The notes under the pieces are model-generated. The model was not told the origin of the DNA, searched no databases, and saw nothing but the letters and a program-made list of their open reading frames with translations. This document shows, piece after piece, positions 45,473 through 54,574 of a DNA stretch of 64,000 nucleotides. Numbering within the stretch: the stretch's first letter is position 1; each line of letters starts with the position of its first letter. Made by a program: the position numbers and the translations under genes. The DNA comes from Shuttleworthella sp. (GTDB lineage: Bacteria > Bacillota > Clostridia > Lachnospirales > Lachnospiraceae): positions 4,618 to 68,617 of the forward strand of contig JAZQBE010000028.1 of assembly GCA_045545575.1 (NCBI GenBank). The letters are read 5' to 3'.

Positions 45473-45506
45473 TAAATCCGGTTGTGCAAGACTCATTTCG
45501 CCGCGT

Positions 45507-47084
45507 TTACTGCTGCGGAACGGCTTTCAGGGTGACCGTAACGGTTTCTTCCTCTTCATAATCCGTATTCCAGGAGGAATAGACGATTTCGATCTCATCC
45601 CCCGGTTTCTTTGACGTAATGTACTCTTTCACCGCATCCATGGACGCGACCGCGTCGCCGTCAATGGAAAGAATCACGTCGCCGCGGTTTAAGCCGGCTT
45701 CATCTGCCGCGCTGCCGCGGATCACGCGGGAAACATACACGCCGGTGGGCATGCTGTACTGCTCGGCGGTCTGCTCGTCCAGATCCATGCCGTAGATGCC
45801 CAGGTACGCCGTGCCGGGCTCGAGCGTGCTTCCGCCGTTCTCCGCAAAGCTCTCCTCCGGCACGCCGCCTTCGGTCAGCCGGTCAATGATCTCTTTGGCC
45901 TCCGTAATCGGCATGGCGTAGCCCATGCCCTCCACGCTGGTATCGGAGTACTTGGCCGAAACGATGCCCACCACTTCGCCGCGCATGTTCAAGAGCGCGC
46001 CGCCGCTGTTGCCGGGGTTCACCGCCGCGTCTGTCTGGATCAGCATGTTGCTGATTTCGGTGCCGTCTTCATTCTGCAGCGTCACTTCGCGGTCCTTCGC
46101 GCTGATGTAGCCGACCGTCACGGACTGGCCGTAGCCGAGGGCGTTGCCGATCACAATGGCGCCCTGGCCGACGATCAGGTCGTCCGAATTGCCGATCACG
46201 GCCATGCGGATCTCGCCGAGGGTCTCCTCGGACACGTCGGAAAGCCGGACGGCAACGACGGCCAGGTCATGTTCCGGATCCGTGCCGACGATGGCGGCTG
46301 CCACACTGCTGTCATCGCAGAAGGTGATAGTCAGCTCGTTCGCGTTGGCCACCACGTGGTTGTTCGTGGCGATGTAGATGTATTCGTCATCCTCGCTGAT
46401 AATGATGCCGCTGCCGGCCGAGGGCAGTTCATAGGTGCGAAGCTGGCCGAAAAAGCTGCGGTACTGGATCAGGGAAATATTGCTCACCTGCACGATGGAC
46501 GGCAGCGTCTCCTGCGCGATCTCGGACACGTCCGTCGCAAGCGTCACCTGCGACACCGGGGTGCTCTCCACCACACCGTCCTCATTGCTGTCCGCCGCCG
46601 GAATCGTCGTCTCGATCTTCTGCGGCTCTTCCTGTTCCTTTGCCGGGGCGTCTGATCCGCCGGAAAAGCCGACCCCGCCCACAAAGCGGAGCATCAGACC
46701 GGCCACCAGGCCGAAGACCAGCGCCAGCGCCACCGTGCGCAGCAGCTTGCGTCCGAAGGAATCCGGGTTCGTCTCTTTCGGCGTCTTCTTTTTGTTTTCG
46801 TCCGCGTAGGGACTGTAGACCGCGTCGCTGTGATAGGCCGCCCGGTAGGACGCGGAGGCGTCGCTGGCCGCGCTGTACTCACCGGTGTAGGTCGTGTTCG
46901 TATAGGCGGTGCTGCCTAAAGGCGCTGTCTCCGGTTCCGGAACGTCTTCCGAAGTCTCCGGCACATCCGGGGTTTCCGTTTCTTCCGGGACGTCGATGTC
47001 TTCCGGTTCCGGAACGTCCGTGATCGGCTCTTCCGGGATCGGATCGTTTTCTGTGTTGAAGTATTCGTCGTTTTCGTATGCCAT
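45507..47084 (-). CDS. htrA: HtrA/DegP-family (S1C) serine protease with a PDZ domain, an acidic cytoplasmic N-terminus and a TM anchor
   Basis: 'TNNHVV', 'DLAVV', 'AVNPGNSGGALLN' and a PDZ 'GVYVSRVIRGSAADEAGLNRGDVILSIDG'. TM segment 'LLRTVALALVFGLVAGLML'. Confidence 0.88.
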   Translation of the reverse strand: MAYENDEYFNTENDPIPEEPITDVPEPEDIDVPEETETPDVPETSEDVPEPETAPLGSTAYTNTTYTGEYSAASDASASYRAAYHSDAVYSPYADENKKKTPKETNPDSFGRKLLRTVALALVFGLVAGLMLRFVGGVGFSGGSDAPAKEQEEPQKIETTIPAADSNEDGVVESTPVSQVTLATDVSEIAQETLPSIVQVSNISLIQYRSFFGQLRTYELPSAGSGIIISEDDEYIYIATNNHVVANANELTITFCDDSSVAAAIVGTDPEHDLAVVAVRLSDVSEETLGEIRMAVIGNSDDLIVGQGAIVIGNALGYGQSVTVGYISAKDREVTLQNEDGTEISNMLIQTDAAVNPGNSGGALLNMRGEVVGIVSAKYSDTSVEGMGYAMPITEAKEIIDRLTEGGVPEESFAENGGSTLEPGTAYLGIYGMDLDEQTAEQYSMPTGVYVSRVIRGSAADEAGLNRGDVILSIDGDAVASMDAVKEYITSKKPGDEIEIVYSSWNTDYEEEETVTVTLKAVPQQ

Positions 47085-47194
47085 GATGAAACCTCCATGT
47101 GTGTTTTTGTTTTATGCCCCATAGTCTACGGTTCATTTGTGGCAAAATTGTGTCCAAACCGGGACAAATACGTGAACGGTACTTAAAACGAAAC

Positions 47195-47222
47195 AAAAAA
47201 AACGCCTGTCCTAAGACAGGCG
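47195..47222 (-). terminator. Terminator ending the glycopolymer/secreted-enzyme gene string
   Basis: Reverse strand: CGCCTGTC-TTAG-GACAGGCG followed by TTTTTTTT. Confidence 0.75.
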
Positions 47223-47251
47223 GCCCATGCCTTGTTTTTCGAAAACCGCCT

Positions 47252-48859
47252 TTACGGATTCAATCCGTACCAGCCGATTCCCTCGTCCTCCCAGGCGCCG
47301 GAGGCGGCGTTCACGGCCCGTTCATAGGCATCTGTCGTATAGTTGTGGGTTCCGGTAATCAGGCTTTTCGCGAACTGACGGTACACGGGCACGGCCCGGT
47401 TCCGGTCGGAATACCAGCCCACACCTTCCTGATTCCATCCGATGTTCCCGAGCGTCATGTACTCGTAAGCATCCATCGTGTAATGGTGATCCGTGGAATA
47501 GGGATTGTACAGGCGGTACACCGGATCGCCCGTCTTCGGCGCATACCAGCCGATGCCTTCGTCGATCCAGCCGGCGGTGGTGATCAGCACGCGGAACTCG
47601 TAATCGTCCCCGGTGTAAAAATGCTCGTGGGTTCCCGGGTAGTACAGCCGGTGCATGCCGATGAAGCTGCCGATCCTGGGAAGGGTTCCGGGGATGGTTT
47701 CGCCGCAGTCGACACAGGTAAACACAATCCTCCCTTCAGCCTGCGCCGTGGCCGCCGCCGTCACCCTTCCGCCGTCCCACGTGTGGGTATGGGTGTGGCG
47801 GAAGTAGTCGTCCAGGGTGTGAAGACACGGCGGCCGGTGAAACACCGCCCAGAAGTCTTCCGGCACGTGCGATCCGCTGACGCCCGCCAGCCGGTCGTAT
47901 TCCAGCAGCATTTCATCGGTAATACAGAAAAAGTTGTCGTCCACACCCCAGCCCTGGTCCGCCCAGGTCAGGTCCACGGCATACCAGTTGCCGTCGTCCA
48001 GGCACACCTGGTTCCACTCGTGGCCGCGACTGGTGATGCAGACCGTCTCCACGCCTGCGGCGTTTAAGATCGCCGCGTAGGCCTCGGAATAGGCCGCGCA
48101 GACCCCGCGGCCCTCCAGCAGGGCAGCGTAGACGGACTGGTCATAGTGGGAGTTCTCGTACCTCATCTCCGCGGCCAGGCTGTCGAAAACCGCCCGTGCT
48201 TTTTCGAGCTTGCCGTGTACGGCATCGGCCTTTTCCCGATAGTACAGGATCTTTTCGAGCACCACGTCCGCCGCCTGGCGGCGGGCGGCGCCGGAAGCGA
48301 ATTCCGGATAGCAGTGAAACGACACGCCGTGGATCGTTGTGTGCCCGTGCATGGTGGCCGAGAGGGAGAACCCGTTGCTGATGAAGAAAAACTCCGGCTC
48401 GTTGTACAGGAACTGATAGGCGATATTCTCCGCCTCCTCCCCGGTCAGCGCGGTGTATACCGCCGGTGTGTATGCGTCCTTTCCGTCGTATTCCAGATCC
48501 TCCGAGCCGCACAGCACCATCATCAGTGTCCCGTACAGGCTGTCGTAAAACGCCTGTTCCTCTGACGTCATCCGGCTGCGCCAGTAACGGCCGCCGGAGC
48601 AGGCGTTCCACAGATCGCGCTCCGCGATGACGGCCTTGTAGGTGCGGACGGAGGCTTTCCGCGCATACTCCTCCGCCGACGGCCCGAGGTCTTCGCCCGT
48701 GACGTATTCGATAACCGGCTGTTCCCTGCCGCCGGTGTTCACTTCCGCATACACAGACGGCGCCGGCGCGACCGGCGGCGTCAGCAGAGAACAAAAAAGG
48801 GCAGCCGCAAGCCCGAAAGCCTGCAGCGCCCCAAAGAATCGGTTGTGATTCCGCTTCAT
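47252..48859 (-). CDS. Secreted transglutaminase-like (Cys-His-Asp core) protein with a C-terminal 134-aa triple-repeat module
   Basis: Signal peptide 'FFGALQAFGLAAALFCSLL'. Core 'GRGVCAAYSEAYAAIL...RGHEWNQV...WYAVDLTW'. The C-terminus carries three 'PVYRLYNP..HHYT...GW..EG(I/V)GW' repeats. Confidence 0.7.
   Translation of the reverse strand: MKRNHNRFFGALQAFGLAAALFCSLLTPPVAPAPSVYAEVNTGGREQPVIEYVTGEDLGPSAEEYARKASVRTYKAVIAERDLWNACSGGRYWRSRMTSEEQAFYDSLYGTLMMVLCGSEDLEYDGKDAYTPAVYTALTGEEAENIAYQFLYNEPEFFFISNGFSLSATMHGHTTIHGVSFHCYPEFASGAARRQAADVVLEKILYYREKADAVHGKLEKARAVFDSLAAEMRYENSHYDQSVYAALLEGRGVCAAYSEAYAAILNAAGVETVCITSRGHEWNQVCLDDGNWYAVDLTWADQGWGVDDNFFCITDEMLLEYDRLAGVSGSHVPEDFWAVFHRPPCLHTLDDYFRHTHTHTWDGGRVTAAATAQAEGRIVFTCVDCGETIPGTLPRIGSFIGMHRLYYPGTHEHFYTGDDYEFRVLITTAGWIDEGIGWYAPKTGDPVYRLYNPYSTDHHYTMDAYEYMTLGNIGWNQEGVGWYSDRNRAVPVYRQFAKSLITGTHNYTTDAYERAVNAASGAWEDEGIGWYGLNP
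47255..47656 (-). repeat. Coding triple-repeat module, copy 1 (134 aa)
   Basis: 'MHRLYYPGTHEHFYT..GWIDEGIGWYAP..PVYRLYNPYSTDHHYT..GWNQEGVGWYSD..PVYRQFAKSLITGTHNYTT..AWEDEGIGWYG'. Confidence 0.8.
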
Positions 48860-48860
48860 C

Positions 48861-49781
48861 TTACTTTACTCCGAACCAGCCGATGCCTTCGTCGAGCCAG
48901 GCTCCGCCGGCGGCGTTGACCGCCCGCTCGTAGTCATCGGTGGTGTAGTTGTGCCGGCCCGTCGGCAGCGACGGCGCAAACTGGCGGTACACCGGCACCT
49001 GCTCGTTGGGATCGGAATACCAGCCCACGCCCTCATAGGTCCAGCCGCCCTCGACGAGCACATCGCGCTCGTATTTGTCCCGGGTGTAGTGATGCTCGCC
49101 GTCGTAGGGATTGAACAGGCGGTACACCGGAACGCTGCTCGTCCGCGGCGCAGTCCAGCCGATGCCTTCGTCGTTCCAGCCGTTCTGCGTCGTCAGCACG
49201 TTTTTCTCATACTCGTCCGCCGTGTAGAAATGCTCGTGATTGCCCGGGTAATACAGGCGGTACATCGGGATCTTCGCCGGCCGGTCGTCCTTTTTGACCG
49301 TAATCCGGGCGTAGATTTCCGATGTGCGGACCCTGTCGTCCGTCGTTTCGTAATCGCCGTTCCAGGAGCTGACAAACGCGACGGCCACATAGTTTCCGGG
49401 ATCGACGTCCGAGGTGTCCCAGTCCGCGATCCAGTGAATCACGCTTTTCCCGGCAAACCGGGCCTCGGTGTTTTCTTTGTACAGGTCCTGGCGGTCCTGG
49501 ATGGTCAGATCCGCGTAACCGGCATCGTCGTCCGTATTCTCGCGGTAGATAAACAGCAGCGCGTTTTCCACCTCATAATCGCCCCGGGTCAGTTCGAACT
49601 GGAACGCCGCAAGCTGTCCCTGGTACACCGTGATGCCGTTGAGGTCAAAGCCGCCGATGGCCTTGATGGTCGGAACCACCGCCGCCTTCGCGGAACGCGC
49701 CGGCACGACGGCCGCCGCAAGAAGCATCACCGCGGCCAACAGCAGCGCGCGAATCCTTTTTCCCCTGTTTGTTCCCCTCAC
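48861..49781 (-). CDS. Secreted protein: N-terminal beta-rich domain plus a C-terminal 134-aa triple-repeat module
   Basis: GTG at 49781, 6 nt after AAAGGAGG, gives the signal peptide 'MRGTNRGKRIRALLLAAVMLLAAAVVPARSAKA'. The TTG start at 49826 in the track lacks an RBS. Confidence 0.7.
   Translation of the reverse strand: MRGTNRGKRIRALLLAAVMLLAAAVVPARSAKAAVVPTIKAIGGFDLNGITVYQGQLAAFQFELTRGDYEVENALLFIYRENTDDDAGYADLTIQDRQDLYKENTEARFAGKSVIHWIADWDTSDVDPGNYVAVAFVSSWNGDYETTDDRVRTSEIYARITVKKDDRPAKIPMYRLYYPGNHEHFYTADEYEKNVLTTQNGWNDEGIGWTAPRTSSVPVYRLFNPYDGEHHYTRDKYERDVLVEGGWTYEGVGWYSDPNEQVPVYRQFAPSLPTGRHNYTTDDYERAVNAAGGAWLDEGIGWFGVK
48864..49265 (-). repeat. Coding triple-repeat module, copy 2 (134 aa)
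   Basis: 'MYRLYYPGNHEHFYT..GWNDEGIGWTAP..PVYRLFNPYDGEHHYT..GWTYEGVGWYSD..PVYRQFAPSLPTGRHNYTT..AWLDEGIGWFG'. Confidence 0.8.
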
Positions 49782-49822
49782 TTCAAACCTCCTTTGAGAC
49801 TGCCGATGCGCAGGGTGCGGCG

Positions 49823-50914
49823 TCAATAGCCGTAATCCAGCGCGCTGGACTCATTAAACCCGGAATTGTTCACGATCCGGCTGCTTAACGCCAGCACCTC
49901 TTCCGACGGGATATACCCTTCGGTCCCGTAGAGATAGGCGTGCAGATCCGCAACGTTTGTCGCAAGCGTACACGGCACCACGACGCTGCCGGCGCTGCCG
50001 AGTGTGCCCGAGCGCATCGCAAACGGGAAGCCGTGGGTGTCCACGATGCTGTAGTCCATCATATGGGACGCGAGCCCTAAGATGTCGCCGAGGTTTAAGT
50101 TGGTGGAGATCTCCGGGAACACAGCGTTTAAGACATCGTTGGCCTGCAGGATGTTCATGTGCTTGATCTTGTCGACGATCAGCTGAATGACCATACGCTG
50201 GCGCTCCGCGCGGCGGAAATCGTTGCCGGCCGTGTATCGGACACGGCAGTAGGAAACGACCTGGATGCCGTCAAAGTGCTGAGGCTCCGGGCTTCCGTGC
50301 ACTTCGCTCGAGGTGCGTCCCACGTTTTCTTCCACGAAATGGATGTAGGAATTGTTCATATGGTAGGCTTCGTCGTCATCGATGACGAAGTCCAGGCCGC
50401 CGAGAACGTCGACGACGTCGGCCAGGGCCTTAAAGTCCACCGCCACGTAGTCCTGGATATTTAAGTCCAGGTTGTCGTTGAGCATCTGGATCGCGCCCTG
50501 CACCCCGCCGAAGCTGTAGGCGGCGTTGCACTTGCGCAGCGTGCCGTTCACATCCAGATAGGTGTCGCGGTAGACCGACACGATCTTCACTTCCTTCGTG
50601 TCGTTGTTGATCACGGCCACCATGATGCTGTCCGAACGGCTGCCCTCGCCGTAGTCGCCCTGGGTGCGGTTGTCCGAGCCGAACAGGGCGATCGTCATGA
50701 AGCCCTTTAAGCGCTCCTCCGTCTCCGGGGTCAGCTTGTTCACCCGGATCGGATCCAGCTCGTCAAAGTGAATCATATCCAGCTTCGAGAAACCGTAAAT
50801 GCCGACGAGCGCCACTGCCAGAAGCAGGGACTGCAGAATCAGTCCGAGGACGCGCAGACGGCGGCGCCTTCTGCCGACGGATGACTTCTGTGCGGTTGCT
50901 GTGTCCTTAGCCAT
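49823..50914 (-). CDS. LytR-CpsA-Psr (LCP) family glycopolymer-to-peptidoglycan ligase
   Basis: N-terminal TM segment 'LGLILQSLLLAVALVGIYGF'. LCP core 'IALFGSDNR...SRSDSIMVAVIN...VKIVSVYRDTYLDV'. Confidence 0.88.
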   Translation of the reverse strand: MAKDTATAQKSSVGRRRRRLRVLGLILQSLLLAVALVGIYGFSKLDMIHFDELDPIRVNKLTPETEERLKGFMTIALFGSDNRTQGDYGEGSRSDSIMVAVINNDTKEVKIVSVYRDTYLDVNGTLRKCNAAYSFGGVQGAIQMLNDNLDLNIQDYVAVDFKALADVVDVLGGLDFVIDDDEAYHMNNSYIHFVEENVGRTSSEVHGSPEPQHFDGIQVVSYCRVRYTAGNDFRRAERQRMVIQLIVDKIKHMNILQANDVLNAVFPEISTNLNLGDILGLASHMMDYSIVDTHGFPFAMRSGTLGSAGSVVVPCTLATNVADLHAYLYGTEGYIPSEEVLALSSRIVNNSGFNESSALDYGY

Positions 50915-50948
50915 GTTTTTTCTCCTGTGATGTCTGTTCTGCGCGGAA

Positions 50949-52409
50949 TCAGTGGGAACCTTTGCCGCAAAGCACGACGGCGACCGTTTTCAGCAGAATG
51001 CGGATGTCCAGTCCCAGGGACCAGTTCGCGATGTATTCCGTGTCGAGGGCGACCACGTCTTCAAAATCCGTGATGTCGCTGCGGCCGGAAACCTGCCACA
51101 TCCCCGTCAGACCCGGCCGGAAGGCCAGGCGTGCCTTGTGATGGTATTCGTACTGTTCAAACTCGTCTTCCGTCGGCGGCCGCGTGCCCACCAGGCTCAT
51201 GTCGCCCTTTAAAACGTTCCAGAACTGGGGCAGCTCGTCGATGGAAAACTTTCGCATAAACCGGCCGATGGGAATCACGCGGGGGTCGTCGTCAAGCTTG
51301 AACATGTTGCCCTGCATCTGGTTCTTTTCCGCGAGCTCGGCCTTGCGCGCTTCCGCGTCCACGTACATGGAGCGGAACTTGTAGAACCGGAACCGCCGCC
51401 CGTTCTTGCCGATGCGGATCTGGGAAAAGAATACCGGCCCCGGCGACTGCAGCTTGATGATGGGGGCGAAAATCAGAAACGCGATCCCGCAGATCAGAAG
51501 GCCGACGATGCTGCCGACGATGTCCATCAGCCGCTTCATGGCCAGCTGCCGCTGGTTTGCGATATGCATGCTCGTGGTCATGACCACGTAATTGCCGTAG
51601 TTTTCCAGCGTCCGGTTGGGCACCATGTGCTCCGAATGCATCAGGCTGATGTGCACCACCAGGCCGAGTTCCACAAGGGTCGCCGCGAGCGCCTCGGAGC
51701 TGGCGCGCGTGTTGCCGTCGATGTAAACCTCGTCCACCACTTCCCGGCGGACGTAGTCGAGAAACGTGTCCGCGGCGGCGACAACGGGAATCCCCTGGAT
51801 CTCATCGCCGGTGCGGTCCTCGTCGACAATGCAGATGCCGACGACCTTGAAATCCACCATCCGGTTGTGGCCGATCTCCGAAACGCAGCGCTCCACGTTG
51901 GAGGACTCGGCCACGATGATCATGCGGTTCTTGTTTTTGTCCTGCAGCTTGCGCCAGCGCACCGCGCGCTTTAAGATCACGCGCCCGCCGTACTCGGCCA
52001 CGATCGAGGTGGCGAAGTAAACGAACAGCAGGGTACGGGAATAGAACAGCGACTGCTGCGTTCCGTACAGGTACACCAGAAATCCGCCGAAGACGATGGC
52101 GCAGTGCATGATGGTGTGACGCAGCTCCTGGTATTTGTTCCGGCGCAGAATGCCGGTGTAGCTTTCCGTGAAAAAGACGACCGCGACGTCGATCAGGAAA
52201 ATGACCACCGCCATGCGCCCGTACAGCGCGCCGGTTGCCATCACGGTCACTTCGCCCATCGCGTCCGTAATGCCGATCAGCTCCCGCACGCTGTCAAATC
52301 CGTGGAAGCGGACCAGATATGCCACAAGCAGCGCCAGCTCCTGCGCGAGAATGTCTACAATCGTGAAGTCCAGGTGCTTCAGCCAGCTGTGCTCAGCTTT
52401 CTTATACAT
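50949..52409 (-). CDS. Polyprenyl glycosylphosphotransferase (initiating sugar transferase, WbaP/EpsL-like)
   Basis: Polytopic N-terminus. C-terminal 'PGPVFFSQIRIGKNGRRFRFYKFRSM...DPRVIPIGRFMRKFSIDELPQFWNVLKGDMSLVGTRPP'. Confidence 0.88.
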   Translation of the reverse strand: MYKKAEHSWLKHLDFTIVDILAQELALLVAYLVRFHGFDSVRELIGITDAMGEVTVMATGALYGRMAVVIFLIDVAVVFFTESYTGILRRNKYQELRHTIMHCAIVFGGFLVYLYGTQQSLFYSRTLLFVYFATSIVAEYGGRVILKRAVRWRKLQDKNKNRMIIVAESSNVERCVSEIGHNRMVDFKVVGICIVDEDRTGDEIQGIPVVAAADTFLDYVRREVVDEVYIDGNTRASSEALAATLVELGLVVHISLMHSEHMVPNRTLENYGNYVVMTTSMHIANQRQLAMKRLMDIVGSIVGLLICGIAFLIFAPIIKLQSPGPVFFSQIRIGKNGRRFRFYKFRSMYVDAEARKAELAEKNQMQGNMFKLDDDPRVIPIGRFMRKFSIDELPQFWNVLKGDMSLVGTRPPTEDEFEQYEYHHKARLAFRPGLTGMWQVSGRSDITDFEDVVALDTEYIANWSLGLDIRILLKTVAVVLCGKGSH

Positions 52410-52429
52410 GCCTTTTCCTCACTGGAAAC

Positions 52430-53665
52430 CTACAGTTCGACGCCTTCCGCCAGCAAGAGCTCCCGGGCGGAATCCAGCGAATCCACGCCGTGCAGGTTCT
52501 TGATCGGCGCAAATTCGTGTCCGCGCTCTACTTCGTAGGGCAGGGTGTCCTCCATCATCGCGACCAGATCCACGGCCAGGGTCTCAAATTTATAGCCGTT
52601 CGGCTCCGTCGGAGACACCGGATTTCCCGCCTCGTCCAGGCAGGGGATCTTCTTTTCCACGACGTGCACCGGCATGCGGTTCCGCATGACTTCTTCCAGT
52701 TTCTCCACGCGGAAGAGGTAGTTTAAGATCACGCCGAAGGCGTAGATCCAGTCGCCCTTCGCGTCTTTGGACTCGGCGATTTCAGGCGTCAGCTCGTAGT
52801 ATTCGACCACGGCCGGCACGCCGTCCTCGGCGCAGATGACCCCCATCTTTTCGTAGGCGTCGACCTTACGCACGCACTTCGATCCGCTGTTTTTGCCGGA
52901 GAGAATCGTCGCGCCCACGAACGCGGGATCCGCGATCCGCTGCATGACGTTGTCCACCGCGAAAATGTTCAGCCACTCCACACCGCGGGTGTGCAGGTCC
53001 TCGAGCAGGCCCGCCTTCGCCAGGGACGAGAACCAGCCGCCGTTGCCGTTCGGGGACGTTGCCAGACGGCCGGGTTCCTCTAAAAGGATCTTCCCGTCGT
53101 AGCCGACGGCCACGGCCATCTCCTGCCGGTAGAACTTCACGTCTGCCGCCGGATAGCCGAAATAATCGTGCTCTTCAAAGAACGAGACCGTATCGTCGTG
53201 GTTTTTCTCGCTGGTCATGATATAAAGCGGAACCGACACCCCGGCCTGCGCGGTCACGTCCTGCAGGTTCTGAATCAGACGCTCAAACAGGTAGAGCGTC
53301 TTCGTGATGCCGACGTTTAATTCACCCTTCGGCTTGTCGAGGCCCAGACGCGTCCCCATGCCGCCGGCCAGGAGCACCGCGCCCACCTTGCCTGCGCGGA
53401 TCGCGGCCAGACCGGCTTCGGTGAATTCCTCTTTGCGCGCGCGGATCTCGGGGATCTCCACAGCCGGGATCGGCGTCACCACGCCGAGTTCCTTTTTCGC
53501 CTCGTCTTTCGACGCGCCGGCTAAGGCCACCACGTCCCAGTCGATGGCTTCGATCTGTGCCAGCAGCGCTTCCTGCTGCGCGGCCGTCAGGCTGTCGTAA
53601 AAACGCAGGACATGGGCCTGGCCCTTCTCCTGAAGCAGTGTCTGTGCCTGTTCGAATGTAAGCAT
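52430..53665 (-). CDS. UDPGP-family (UAP1/eukaryote-type) UDP-sugar pyrophosphorylase
   Basis: 'VGAVLLAGGMGTRLGLDKPKG', 'PLYIMTS', 'PNGNGG' and 'IFAVDN'. Confidence 0.8.
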   Translation of the reverse strand: MLTFEQAQTLLQEKGQAHVLRFYDSLTAAQQEALLAQIEAIDWDVVALAGASKDEAKKELGVVTPIPAVEIPEIRARKEEFTEAGLAAIRAGKVGAVLLAGGMGTRLGLDKPKGELNVGITKTLYLFERLIQNLQDVTAQAGVSVPLYIMTSEKNHDDTVSFFEEHDYFGYPAADVKFYRQEMAVAVGYDGKILLEEPGRLATSPNGNGGWFSSLAKAGLLEDLHTRGVEWLNIFAVDNVMQRIADPAFVGATILSGKNSGSKCVRKVDAYEKMGVICAEDGVPAVVEYYELTPEIAESKDAKGDWIYAFGVILNYLFRVEKLEEVMRNRMPVHVVEKKIPCLDEAGNPVSPTEPNGYKFETLAVDLVAMMEDTLPYEVERGHEFAPIKNLHGVDSLDSARELLLAEGVEL

Positions 53666-53837
53666 ATCCCTTCCACCCTTCGATGATTCAATGTCTGAGC
53701 GATTTACGCACGAAGGACAGCAAACCCGGTTTCACGCGAATCTGCTGTCTTTGTCGGCATGTTTTATAGAGTTTACCACAGTTGGCGCTGAAAGTCTAAT
53801 GAAGGCTTTCGCGCCGGAATCCGGCGGAAAAAAGCCT

Positions 53838-54500
53838 CTATTTCCTCTTTTCGCTCCGGTATCCGTCCGGGTTCTCTTCCGAAAAACGCCGGGTGTGCCG
53901 GCGGGCGATCGTCCGCCGCCGGAAGACCACAAGCTTGCTGAATACGTAGTTGGCGATGATGATAAAAATCTGCGCGACGTATTCCACTTTCATATTTGGA
54001 AAACCGAAGCCCAGCACAAAGATGTGCAGAATGGCTTCCTCCAGGCCGAGCGTCAGCGACCGGCCGAAGAAAAAGCTGACCAGCTGCTGAAAAAAGGCCA
54101 GTGTGCCCTTGGGCGCATAGGTAAACACCCATTTGCGGTTCGTCAGAAACGCGAAAAGCGTCGCGAAAAACCACGAAACCGCTTCCGCGATCAGGATGGT
54201 CCATCCCATCCGGTCGGTCAGCGTCAGATACACGTTGATGGAGATCAGCATCGTGCCCAGACCGAACAGCGCGTACAGGAGGTACTCCTTGTACTTCGAA
54301 TAGATCGGGCCGAGCCACTTGACGTACCGGAACTTGATGCCCCAGGCCACCAGCCGGTCGAACACGTCCGGTTCCCGGTCCTCCGCAACGCCGGCACGGC
54401 GGAGCCGGTCCTGATAATCGGCCTCCTGCGCGGCGCTTCGCTGCCGCTCCTTCAGGCGTTCGGCATGGGCGCGTACGCTTTCCTGTTTCTTTTCATCCAT
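53838..54500 (-). CDS. GtrA-family membrane protein with an ~75-aa charged N-terminal extension
   Basis: Four hydrophobic segments with GtrA signatures 'FLTNRKWVF' and 'IIANYVFSKLVVF'. Confidence 0.7.
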   Translation of the reverse strand: MDEKKQESVRAHAERLKERQRSAAQEADYQDRLRRAGVAEDREPDVFDRLVAWGIKFRYVKWLGPIYSKYKEYLLYALFGLGTMLISINVYLTLTDRMGWTILIAEAVSWFFATLFAFLTNRKWVFTYAPKGTLAFFQQLVSFFFGRSLTLGLEEAILHIFVLGFGFPNMKVEYVAQIFIIIANYVFSKLVVFRRRTIARRHTRRFSEENPDGYRSEKRK

Positions 54501-54518
54501 AAGCGGTAAATGCTCCCG

Positions 54519-54564
54519 TAAAAAAGCCGGCTCCTGTCTGATCTCTCAGGCAGAAGCCCGGCTT
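54519..54564 (-). terminator. Hairpin plus T-run after the L,D-transpeptidase gene
   Basis: Reverse strand: AAGCCGGGCTTCTG..CAGGAGCCGGCTT (one bulge and one mismatch) followed by TTTTT. Confidence 0.5.
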
Positions 54565-54574
54565 TTCGCGGTCA

